Notes under the pieces: generated by a model | What the model saw: the letters and a program-made list of their open reading frames with translations, nothing else | Databases searched by the model: none | Told to the model about the DNA's origin: nothing | Shown here: positions 50,470 to 63,169 of the stretch, piece after piece | Layout of the letters: each line of letters begins with the position of its first letter | How positions within the stretch are numbered: the first letter of the stretch is position 1 | NCBI GenBank assembly: GCA_050084985.1 | Contig: JBITNC010000001.1 | Location: forward strand, 49,910,001-49,974,000 | DNA length: 64,000 bases | Reading direction: 5' to 3' | DNA from: Nageia nagi | Taxonomy: Eukaryota > Plantae > Pinophyta | Position numbers and translations under genes: made by a program

Positions 50470-52615
50470 TTTGTTAAGATTGCATTAAAATATAAATAAG
50501 CATTCTACAAAATAATAGATAATTTTGAATTGATGATTCCCAAACATTCAAACTAACTTATAACAAATAGAATTGTTATCCAAAATGACGTAGATTTCCA
50601 ACATAGGATAAACCAAAATCATATATTCATTTTTGAAGTCTGAGTCTTGAATTGACCCATTACCAAGCAGACTTCTTCTTTTATAAGACACAAAATGCTC
50701 ATAGCACATAGGACCTGTATTTGTAAGATAGACCACATCACACATTCAATGAGGTTGTTCAGTCACATCATTTCCTGTAGGCATTTCTTCTTGCACAGCA
50801 TATAATTTGACAGTTTTTGGCATCTGTTGCCATCGATTACAATCACTGTAACTTTGAATGATTGATTCAACTATAGCCCTAGCATTTCCATATAGTTGCC
50901 ATACATCCTAGGGTTAGTTACACCAGACCATCGTCTATTAGATACTGTTTATCAAGTCCAAATGCTTGAATCATTGTTAATATAAGGAAATGGAAACAAA
51001 TCATTGTTAATATAAGGAAATGGAAACAATAGGTGTAAACACGTTGCATATCCTCTTTTTTAAAGACTACTGGTAAGGTGGGAGATATGATCTAAATAAA
51101 CGAGGTGAAGGTAAGAGATCTCCGTTTTGATATGCTCTGCTGTTCCTCATTACGAAGAGAACTCTGTATATTGCTCTGCTACTTCCCACAAACACCTATA
51201 CGTTGTGGGACTTAGAACCTTAACTTCTTTTTAGTTTTTATCCCTCAATAGTTAGTACAGGAACCTTCCGTGAATGCGTTATTATAAATTTCCAATATTC
51301 AGATCCCAACGTCGGAACCCATCGTCAGGTTGAAAGAAAAGAGATCGATCAACGGACAGCAGAGAAAGACACGGAAAAACTTAAAAAACATCCAGTTCAG
51401 CTTACAACGGAATGTTGAATATATATCAGAGATCTATCAAAAAGATTTCGTAGTTCGCAACTACCATCAGGTTATTTGTCTCTTCATCTTTTTTAAATAT
51501 TCCAATTAAATCGTCTCTTCAGCGTTTTCAAATACTCCGATCAACGATATTTAAACTGTGTATTCGAAAAGATACCTTACCACTAAATTGATCACTCACT
51601 TATTTCAGCGATTGCTCCTATTGGAAGGTCGATCACCCTTATAATTTCATTAATTTAGATAATATATATTTATATTTAATTGACAATTAATATATTATAT
51701 TTGATGATTGTCACATCTCCTCACTCTTTAACTTTATTCATTTATTTATTTGCTTTGGATCTCTCTTCTTTAAGAGCTTTCATAATTTCTTTCTAATTTC
51801 TTCATCTGTGCCTCAGACTGTAATCCCTTTGATATTATTAATCACAGCCTGTTCATTAATATCACTAACCTTGTACATTTTTAATCCCACATGCAACTTT
51901 GAGACTGCTTTGAAACATGACTGTACACTTCCTACTTGGTGTAGCTTACAACTATTATACATATGATCTCAAATTTGAAGCACATATATCTCAGCGTCCC
52001 ATCATCAAAGAAAGGTCGATAAGGATCTAGTTTACAATTAGAGAACACTTTTTTTACCCCTTACATTGAATGATTAACATTTACATCTGCAAAAAACTTG
52101 CATCATACAACTCTGAAATAGATAATAAAATGGTTAAGGTACCACAGAAGAGCGAGTAAGCAACTTTACCCCACTGAATTTCATTATATTTCACTTTATT
52201 ACAAAATGCTATAACTGTTTCCACTAAGAAACTTGGAAACCTGCCCACGTTATTGGATAATAGCTTTACTGGTGCTTCAATAGCACCATTATCATGCAAT
52301 GATAATGATAACAACCGCAAATTTATCTAATCCCAGAATTTCCACTTACTGTACACCCTCTCTTTTAAGGCATTGTCCATATTGTCAGATGAACTTTGTT
52401 AACTATAGACTAACTAAAATACAAGCCTCCCTCCAAAACCACGGCTTCTATTATGTGTTTTACAACATCAAAACTAAAAGACCATTTCTCCAACCAAGAT
52501 GGGAACCACTCCCCTACCCAAAATACCTATACCTGAAATTCTATAAAAATTTAATTAAGTAGATTAGGAATTATCTAAAACCCACAAATAAGCATTAATT
52601 ATTGGCAATGCTTAA

Positions 52616-55197
52616 CTAATAAGTCCATTCCTGAGGTAAGCTGATTTCTGCCTGTCCTGCTGGGATCTGGGGACAAGCTGCATAGCAAATATTATGCTGC
52701 TGATCAGAGAATCCATTTCGAGGGGCAACCTTGAATTGATCAACGGATTTCCCATGCTGTGTTGTAACAGGATTTGAAGGTGTTGATGTCAATGCGTCTG
52801 TTACAGCAGATTATTTATTATCATAGTTACATTGAGCTGAATCTTCAGATGAACCAGAAGAAAACAGAACAGAAATAGTCTTACCGCGATAAGTATGAGT
52901 GATACCACACTGCAAGCCTGTTTGAGCATTTATATCCTCAACGTTAAGGTTCAACGCCTGCACAATCCTAGAAGGAAGAAGAACTGTGGAACAACCTGCA
53001 CAGTAAGAATAACCATTTAGAAAGAAGATTAGTTCTCTGTTAAAAATCGAGGCCTAAACATTGATCAGAATACCTTCATGAACAGGCACATTCAAACAGA
53101 AAGAATACAGATCATCAACACATGGCTAAAAAACCATAATATTGCATATGGCTAAAAGAACCATAATATTGCATTTGGCTAAAAGAACCATAATATTTCA
53201 GGGATAAAGCTTAGATCCATCCATTACGAACGCAAAAGATGCAAAACATGAGCTAGATGCCAACCATGAACAATGCCAAAAATAACAGCAGACTAGTTAG
53301 ACTACACACATGAATAAAATCAAATAAAAAAAGATATTACAGCATCCAAGCATCTAAATATCAGCCAAGAACAAAAGAAAAAAATAAATGCATTCTGACT
53401 GAGATGCAACACATAAAACTACTCTGGTAGCATCCTAGAGCGGATCCAAGTATAAAACTCGATAAAACAACATATGAATCCATACTTATAGGATCTAATC
53501 ATGTCAAAAACCAAATGGTCTGCATCATGACACCGAAAGTAGAAATCATTTCAGAACTTACTATTGCAAATGGAAGTTGAAACATAATATCCTTATTGGA
53601 CGAGGGTATCGTGAAGTAAGAGAAACAAATAGCTTGACATCTAATCCCTTGGTAGATTAGAATGAAACAGAAAGATTAAAAAACTGGATCATACAGAGCA
53701 GAAGTCTTACTTGGCTTCCTTCTTAGATCCGAGTTGTTGCCCACCCTCCGAGGTAGAAAAACACCTGTACCACCAGACTCCCTGCCTGTACCATTTGGCC
53801 CCAGAAAAACTGCTCTCATACCAGACCCACCACCCTGCTGCAGAGAAGGCCATTGAGCAGAAGAGTATTCTACTGAATTTGCAGACCTGTTTCCAATACC
53901 AGGTTTGTTGCCTGGCCTTGTTTGCAAGTGCTGAACTTGTATAGGTTTTGCTTGCCTTGCCCATGTAGATGTGTTGCTGTGCTTGGGCTGTCTATACTGT
54001 CAAAAGAGAACAAGAAAAAAAACCTCACCTGTTAATAATACCCAAATGCCATTCATATCTAGGATCTAGTTTTAATGCTTAAAATATTGAAAATAAGGAG
54101 ACTCTCGAATCATACATGGTGGGCAAGGAGTTTTCGGTCTTCTTCCTTTGTCTTGTCACTCCTACTTCTCTGGAGCGCCTGGAAGGAGTAAGCTCTATCT
54201 TTGGAGGGCAACCCTGAGAAACTGCAGCTTCTATTCTGAAAGTCCTTATTGACATAAGTTGAAAGATTTGATGAAGGGATGGTTTGCCTTCTAGCAGCTC
54301 CAAACATCAATCCTTGGATACTGGGTATTGGCTTAACATCATCAATATTCAACCCCCCAACTTCCCCGGCTGCTGCATAGAGCAAATCCCATGCATCAGT
54401 ATTCTCTGTCAGAGGAGTTGTAGGAGGGGATGAGACCTGTGAAGGCCCTATGGAGCTCCCTGTGGACCAGCTTCCCACTGCAGACAATATGGATTGTGGA
54501 GACCTTGCCATCGTATTTGACTGCAAACCATAATTTGGGCACCATGGAACATATTAGGTCTTGTGGCTATTTTATAGATTGAACAAAAAAAAAAATACAT
54601 AGTTACATACCAGAAGGTATACTGGATATACCAAAACATGTATTGGGTTTCTACAAGACCTTGTTTGCCCACTAAATTGGAAAAAGAAAAAAACTACATA
54701 GTTACATAGTAGAAGTCTAGAAGATATACTGTTAATACCAAAACAGTTATTGGGTTTCTACAATACCTTGTTTATCCATTATATTGAAAAACAAAAACTA
54801 CAGAGACACGTAGTAGAAGATATACTGGATATAAGAAACAATTATTGGGTTTCTACAATACCTTGTTCGCCCACTGCAAGTCGTGATTTTTAACACTGTT
54901 TTCGTCGTCATCAAGCATGGAATGAGCAATCTGGTGAGCCAAACCAGCTATGTAGTCATCTTCCTCATCACTCTCTGTTTCAGTTGAGCCCACAACTGAC
55001 TCAACAGGGGAGTTGTTATGTGACAAGGAATCTAAAGTATGCCCAAGTAAATTCCACTCGTAGGGAAACTCACAAGGGATTCGAGGCCTGTTATTACTAT
55101 GCATGACTCTCTTCTTTGGAGGGCTTTCACCACTTAGGAAATCAGATGGCAGCCACAGCTCTCCATCATCCAAGTTTGGACAACACTGCATATCCAT
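52616..55197 (-). CDS. Plant-specific protein of unknown function, 439 aa (LDDGELWLP / GGTGVFLP / LPQEWTY family)
   Basis: Exons 55197-54862, 54520-54116, 53996-53711, 52995-52885 and 52797-52616. All introns are GT-AG and phase-consistent, giving a 1320-nt open frame. Motifs: LDDGELWLPSDFL, STETESDEEDDYIAGL, MARSPQS, AWDLLYAAAGEV, GSGMRAVFLG, ESGGTGVFLPRR, CSTVLLPSRIVQALNLN, LPQEWTY*. Confidence 0.93.
53120..53197. repeat. 27-bp tandem repeat x3 in intron 3
   Basis: tggctaaaagaaccataatattgca repeated. Confidence 0.85.
54585..54880 (-). repeat. ~100-bp triplication of the exon 1 / intron 1 junction
   Basis: tattgggtttctacaa(t/g)accttgtt at ~54641, 54748 and 54843. Confidence 0.88.
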
Positions 55198-55399
55198 AGT
55201 TTGGCCCCCCTTAAAACCCAAAAAAGATCAGCAGTATTCACCAGGATTATAAAACACTCCTACTCCACTAGTTGATAGCATCTATGACTCCAAAACTTGA
55301 ACTCTAAGGCTCAAAAAAATCACTATGACAAGTGTAGTAGTAATGAGTGAGGCTGCTCTGCTTCTGTTATCAGTGGAAGGTGCACAAGGAGTCTTTAAG

Positions 55400-56900
55400 G
55401 CAATAGATTTATGATCTTGCTGAGATGAGAAGTAAGTATTATAGATCTAGGATCCGTAATTATAACGATAAGAAAAGCATAGCAGAGCAATCGTTCCCAT
55501 GACCCAATGCACAACAGATAACACACATGATGAGGGCTTCCATAGGGACCCAATCAATTGATTATATATCCAAGGCACTTGGGTACCTGCATACCCAGTA
55601 CAGATCACTGTCAAAAGCTAAAGTTAGTTTATCAAACAATATCAAATCTCCTTAAGGGAAAAATGTCTGGAGGGCAGCTAGCTTTATAGACAGATGGGTG
55701 TTTTGCCTTTTTCTTTCACTCCTACTGTAGTTGGCTTGGCTATATCATATCCTCACATTTCCACTGGCATAGGAGAAAAAGAGTTGATCATGAACATGGG
55801 CATGGAGAAAATTCTACGAAGGTTAGAAATTATTAGAAATCATTCATATATGTGTGTTTTTTATCCCATCTGGGTACGTTCAGATAGTTGTCTACAGTTT
55901 CTACTGCCTGCCAGATGTGATCCTCTTCACACCATACTCCTTCCACACATAACCCCACTAGTTGAAAAAGGAATCTATGTCCAACAAGGCCCCAATACCC
56001 ACATGGCTGCCATCAATTAAGCACTTAAGATTTCTCTATATTCCCGCCAAACACTCTACACAAAACCTTGCTATCAATGCAACAAAAAAGTGCCAGATTT
56101 GGAGGAGTTATCCATAACGATTCCCCCACACAGATAGCACACCAATCATCACTCGCATCTTGCTTAGATTCTGCCTCCAATGTTAACCCCTATTTCCCTG
56201 CACCCTTCCCTCAGCATCAGATCATTCCACAAGCCATCAGATCATTCCACGTCACCATGAAAATCCTACGTGGCATCCTATAAATGTCCAGCTTTCCCTG
56301 AACAACCTTTTGTTTCGTACCCACAAGTTAAAACCAATTTTGGAGCTTCTGGGTACCGCCAAGTCAATCCCCAACACAAATTATACCTTCCATCTCCCCG
56401 TGAACCGCCAAATTCAGCAGTGATTTTAAGTTGTTTTTAACCATAACTCTCCACACGGCAATTATCCCACAACCTCCAAACATAGCGGCCTCGCTCCGCC
56501 AATTCTGGCGGTATTCCCCCTAACCCCACAAGGGGGGCCTCCCCTGGACGAGGTAAGGAGAGGGAAGATATTTTTTTATAATTTTTACAGTATCCGATTT
56601 TGACGGCGACGTGCTTGAATTGGGGGGAAATTGGGTGCCGGCGAATGACTGCGCACCGAAACAAAAATCAAATCAGCGGACGTGAAAGCAAATTATGCCG
56701 TTTTTTAAATTACTTCGACGTCAAATCCGCAGGCCGGTGAAAACGACGGGAGAGGCAAGTGTGACACGCGTGAGCTTCCCGGATTCCGGAGAGGGATTTA
56801 AAATAATTATATATTTAAAAAAAAGTGGAAGATTTTGAAAAGGTAAGGCGGTGAATGGGGTGCTGTCTGCGTTCCGGTTGGCCGGCAGAAATCTGCCGTT
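55400..56900 (-). promoter_or_regulatory. Probable promoter and upstream regulatory region of the 439-aa gene
   Basis: TATA-like CTATAATA at ~55437-55444 (minus). CpG-rich block at 56340-56900 with TGACGTC, ACGCGTG and E2F-like TTTGGCGG motifs. Confidence 0.55.
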
Positions 56901-57226
56901 TTTTCTGATGTTTTTACTTATTTTAGTTTTTGAATGTTTTTAAATTATATAAGAGTTTTAATATGTTATTGTTAGGATTTTGTATTTTGTGATATATTTT
57001 GGATTTTTTTTATGTTCATCCATGTTAGGGCAGTTGAAAGAGATGATGGGAATATTACAGGTAGTAGAAAGAGCAAGTAAAAAAATATTTTCATGTTATA
57101 GGTAGTAGAAAGAGTAAGTAAAAAAATATCTTCTAGAAAAGTGGAAGTGTGAGTACGATTAGAAATTTTTTGTTATATCAAGCAAATAAATAATAATACG
57201 TCATATTGTCTTTCTTAAATAATAAT

Positions 57227-60200
57227 AATAATATTTATTTCCTCCTATTAAAGATCAACTAGCTAGTCTCACTCAAATGAAGTAGGCCAACCATTGGTTA
57301 GGTTATTCAATTAAAACATGCTTTATATTTATTATGTTAAAAAATGGTTTATATTGTTTATTTATATATTATGTTTTATATTTTGAATAGTTCGTTAATA
57401 AAATAGGTCAAAGATTGAGCAAAAATCAAAAGATAATAGATTCCTTTTAAGATAAGCATATCATTCATTTTTTGTTTCTAAAGGAATTCTCCTATTTTTT
57501 CTTTCTTAGTTAATTTGTACTTTATTACAATATATATCTCATTGCAATAATGCATAGCACATTGCAATGTTTCATTTCAATCATGAAAATATATGTTTAT
57601 CTTATTTTATTTAATATTGTTTATATTATGTGGTGGAAATAACAAGTAAATTTTTTTAGAAAAATGTAAGTGCTATCATGATTAATCATAAGAAAGTTTT
57701 TTACCATACATATAGGTTCCCTCTTCACATTATTTATTTATATGTAAAAATATTATCAAGTCAAATATTTAACATATGTTTAATAGATTCTTTTTTAAGA
57801 TATGTACCTCATTCCTTTTTGGTCCCTTAAGGAATTCTCACAATTATTTAATAACATCTACTACTATTTAATATCAATTATTATTATTTAATATCTATTT
57901 GCTATTATTAATTTTATTATTTATTACATGGATAATTATTTCGAATTTATCTTAAAATAATAAAATATTAAATAGCATTAACTTAACCTTATTATTAATT
58001 TTTTATTTACATTTTGATGAACTTTATATTTTTAATTCTTTTTATAAAATTTTCAAACCTTAGATTTTCATTATTTAAGTGTCGATCGATAAGACAAATG
58101 ATGTCAGAAAAAACTTGAAGAAAGTTTGGTAAGGTAATAAAACATTATTTATCAAGTGCTGAGAGTGATGACGTTGGAGTTAACATTCGTATACATGTGT
58201 TATGACTTTATTTGTTGTTCTCATGTATTGCATTGGTAAAGTGTTTTGAAATTTTCTAGGAGGTCGCACGGTTGATTATGATCAAGTCATGATAACGTAT
58301 ACGACAATTAGGATTAATCGAGTGATGATGTTAACACAACATGGGGAGGCATAGAGAATACTTGAAAAACCTTTGAAGGTACAACATAATAAGAAATTAG
58401 CTAAGTGTCATTCAACTAGAGTGATGATGTTAGTAAAAGCTTTAGTACAATGCAACAAGGTAATAAAGGTTCTGAATTCCACGTAATAAGAGGGGTGATA
58501 TTAGTAAAAGTATGAATATATTATAACAATGATTTGTAAGATACGATAAGGCATGATACGATGTGACAAGCACGACATAATACAATAAAGCACCAAAATA
58601 CATCTGATGAGAAAGGAAAGATCCCAAGAAGCCTAAAACATTTTATATCTTAAAGATGGATTTACAACAATCCTCTGAAGGCCTAGAAATATATTCAAAC
58701 AAGTACAAGGAGGGAAATTTGGTTTGGATGTGATTCTAACAAGAAAAATCATGAGACTGAAGGATTAAGTTGAAGACTTAAGCATTCAAATTTGTCTAAG
58801 ATCCAAAATAGGGAAACATGAATGCAAACCAAGATATTTGACAATTGAAATAATAAAATGAGAATATTACTAATACATAGAAGCTAAAAAATACAAACTT
58901 AATGGTAAGAAATACCTGAAACCAATTTCAAGATTCTTGCATGAAGACATAGATTCATACACAGTCGCTCAATCACATGACAAACATGAAAATAAAGAGT
59001 TACAAAACAAATAAAATATTTTCTATTATGAGTGCTAAAAATTGTAGCATAACATTATAATATTTTCTCCTACATATATTATAAAGGAAAACAAAGTCAT
59101 ATATATTTAAAGAAGAAAATGGAGTGTCTAAGACTCCAATAGATTTGACAGATCATCATCTTCTTAGAGAATTAGGAAAAACATAAATGAAATTTATCAA
59201 AAGGGGAAGAACATTGATGTATGTAAGTCCAAGGAAGATATGATTAGATTATGAGCATTAAGAGCTCAACTACATGCTTGCAACGGAGATAAATGTTGGT
59301 AGGTAAAGAATTAGTCCATCATGTAGTAAACATTTAAGGAGATGTGCATGCATGGGAGATGCATCCAAAATGGAATAAATGCTTTCATTATCCATCTTAA
59401 TGTGAATGGATTGAATTCCAATACGGTTTCAAATATCGAGGAAATAATCTTTGATAATGCTTTGGTGAAGATGTTTGCTAGTTAGTCGTTAAAAGGATAA
59501 AACTTAAAGTTAAGGAATACATCATTCACCAAGTCTCTCATAACATGGTGTTGGATATCTATATGCTTGCTCTGATTGTGAAACATTGGATTCTTGGTCA
59601 TTACAATGGTGTTGGGATTTTCATATAAGTGGATGGGAATGGGTTACGATAAGCATATCATTCATTTTTGGTCTCTTAAGGAATTCTCCTATTTTTTCTT
59701 TCTTAGCTAATTTGTACTTTACTACAATATATATCTCCTTGCAATAATGCATAGCACATTACAATGCTTCATTCCAATCATGGATATATATGTTTATCTT
59801 ATTTTATTTAATATTGTTTAATATTATGTGGTGGAAAGAACAAGTAAAATTCTTGTAGAAAAATGCAAGTGTGATCATGATTAATCGTAAGGGAGCTTTT
59901 TACCATACATATATGTTCCCTCTTCACATTGTTTATTTATAGGTAAAAATATTATAAGTCAAAGATTTAACAGACATTTGATAGATTCTTTTTAAGATAA
60001 GTACCTCATTCCTTTTTGGTCCCTTAAGGAATTCTCAAAATTATTTAATAACATCTACTACTATTTAATATCAAATATTATTATTTAATATCTATTTGTT
60101 ATTATTATTTTTATTGTTTATTACATGGATAATTATTTCGAATTTATCTTAAAACAATAAAATAGTAAATAACATTAAATTAACCTTAGTATTAATTTTA

Positions 60201-61265
60201 TATATACATTTTGATGAACTTTATATTTTTAATTCTTTTTATAAAATTTATAAAATTTTCAAACGTTAGATTTTCATTATCTAAGTGTTAAGCAACAAGA
60301 AAAATGATGTCAGAAAGAAGCTTGAAGAAAGTCTAGTAAGGTAATAAAGCATTATTTATTAGACAATGAGAGTGAAGATATCAACACAACATGGGAAGGC
60401 ATAGAAAATACTTAAAAATAATATTTATTTCATCCTATTAATGATCAACTAGTTAGTCTTACTCAAATGGAGCAAGTCAACCATTGGTTAGGTTATTCAA
60501 TTAAAAAATGCTTTATATTTATTCTCTTAAAAAATGCTTTATATTGTTTATTTATATATTATGTTTTGTATTTTGAATACTTTGTTATTAATATTTATCA
60601 AGTCAAACATTGAGAAAATGTCAAAAGATAATATATTCCTTTTAAGTTAAGTATATCATTCATTTTTGGTCTCTTTAAATAATTCTTATAATTTTTCTTT
60701 CTTTGCTAATTTGTACTTTACTACAATATATATCTCCTTGAAATAATGCATAACACATTGCAATGTTTCATTCCAATCATGAATATATGTTTATTTTATT
60801 TTATTTAGTATTGTTTAATATTATGTGGTGGAAAGAATAATAAACTTCTTATAGAAAAATGCAAGTGTGATCATGATTAATTGTAAAGGAGTTATATATA
60901 TATATGTGTGTGTGTGTGTTTTCTCTCTTCACATTATATATATATATATATATCAAGTCAAAGATTTAGCATACTTTTAATAAGATAAGCACTTCATTCC
61001 CTTGTGGTCTCTTAAGGAATTCTCATAATTATTTAATAGCATCTACTACTATTTAATGTCAATTATTGTTCTTTAATATCTATTTGTTATTATTATTTTT
61101 ATTATTTATTACATGGATAATTATTTTGAATTTATATTCAAACAATAAAATAGTAAATAGCATTAACTTAGCCTTGGTGTTAATTTTATATCTACATTTT
61201 GATGAACTTTATATTTTCAATTCTTTTTATAAAATTTTCATTATCTTTGCAAACCTTAGATTTCT
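57227..61265. repeat. ~1-kb AT-rich unit in three direct copies
   Basis: Copies at ~57227-58368, ~59647-60416 (5'-truncated) and ~60417-61265 (3'-truncated). Confidence 0.88.
59415..59635 (-). mobile_element. copia RNase H C-terminal remnant
   Basis: MTKNPMFHNQSKHIDIQHHVMRDLV...LANIFTKAL on the minus strand. Confidence 0.8.
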
Positions 61266-63169
61266 ATTCTTCCTATATTAAAAACCTTATGTTTCATCAA
61301 TTTTTAGAGTTATTTTTTAGTACTAAATGGAATGATCTTGATCAAATACATATGATATTTAGATAATTTAATTAGCTTGGGCCCTTTGAATAAGATTCAT
61401 AAAACCAAAATTATGATAATTAAATCCACAAAGATGCTTAACCCTTTAATCCTCTTTAATAATTAAACTTGTGATTTACTCTTACAAATACATAGGTATA
61501 TATATTAATCACAAACTAAATTGGAATCTAAGTATTGATAAAAAAAAAAACTCTACTAGACGGAAAGCCTTTTATGGTTTGAAAAAAAAGTGTAAAAATG
61601 TAGAACTTCAGAACTAGGACAAAAAGATGTTTTTCTCTTAGCTCATAACTCTAGTAATACTATATGGTTATGAAGTTTGAGGTGGAAGTATTTCCTTAAA
61701 AACATGATATAAAATTTAACAAATTAAAAAAACTAATTCATTATTTATAGCTTCAAAATTGAAAATAACACACCTTACCCTATCCTTCTCATGGAAGTTG
61801 GTCTCCTCCCTATTGAAAGAGAAGCTCTAAAATGACATACACCATAAAATTATAAACTAATAAAGTTAGATCATCATAGACTACTTATAGTTTTCCAACA
61901 AACTTATCTAACTCATCAACATCTTAAAGGAGGTTGGGTAAAAGACTCTCATAAGTAACTTAATTTTTGGGGTATCCACAATAACATAACCCCTTAAGAT
62001 AGTGATGCTTTAAAATCATAAATAAAGTAATTCAAAAATTTTGAAGCTATGATAATATCAAAAATAAAATAAAATTAGTCTACTATAAAAACATCATTAA
62101 TCCAAAACTTGAACATCCATCCTACCCACATTGCCATGTTGCCTATCTATGGATCTTTGGGACAAGTGGCATCGCTAGTCTCGAATGGGTTTAGGGGAAT
62201 TAGCTGGTGGTTGATAAATATTAGGTATTTTGCTAAAATATGTCAAGTCTTTTTGGCACTAACTTTGAGTTTATTGAAATCAAATATCTCATGTGATAAC
62301 CAAGATTTATAGATCCCTTAAAGCATCATTTTCCTTTTTGATTGGTTCAGTACATGGTTGGAGATGACTTCAATATGTTGGCTCTATATGGATAGTTAAG
62401 GTGGTGGTACGAGGGAGGATGCATCAAGGTGGTAGATTACTTATCCAATATTTCACATGATCTTTAGCAAGTATCATCATGGCTTTTCCACATGCCTCGT
62501 GGGTGGTGGAGAATTAGGGGGATAATTGGGACAATTTTATATACTAACAAGTTGCTCCTTTTTTATAGGTTTCTATTTTGTATGAATTCAGCTTTGATAA
62601 TGATTGTAAAACATAATTTAGAATCTCTTTAAAATCTCTAAAGGAAGCTCAAATTGAGCCCATAGAGATTGAGTGTAGTAAGAAGACACAAGATGTGCTT
62701 GAAAATGGAGGTTTCCTCTAATTTCTCCTAAAATTTGAGGGATTTGATGAAGGCATAGCCAAGCAATATTTTATATCCTTGAAAGGAGAAAAAGCTAAAT
62801 TTTTTTGGTTAAAACATAGGTAAATTAGGTTTTTTTGGTCAAATTTACTAATTTCAAAGCCTTAGGGGAGCTCATTCAAAGGGATAACCATAGCTTGACA
62901 TTGGAATAACTCAAAATTTGTAAGGGGGAGTTGTAATTAACCAAAGAAAAATATGAGGTTGTTAGGTAGGCTTTATTGCACCCATGGTCAAAGGTGTTTC
63001 TTAGTCTTAATAATTCTTTTAAAAAAGGTTATATATTGCACATAGGACTCATAAATGTGAATCTTAAGCTTGATAATGCTTTTAAACAAGGTTATATATA
63101 GACATTTCTGTGCAAATTATAAACTGGAAAATTGAAAATGGAACTTTCTAAGCTAGATTAATCATATAT

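Noticed and set aside
51885-51900. Second USE-like ATCCCACATGCAA
   Set aside because: No TATA at Pol II or Pol III spacing and no recognisable snRNA downstream.
55694-56664. ORFs of 71-108 aa upstream of the gene
   Set aside because: No recognisable homology or splice structure. Better explained as promoter DNA.
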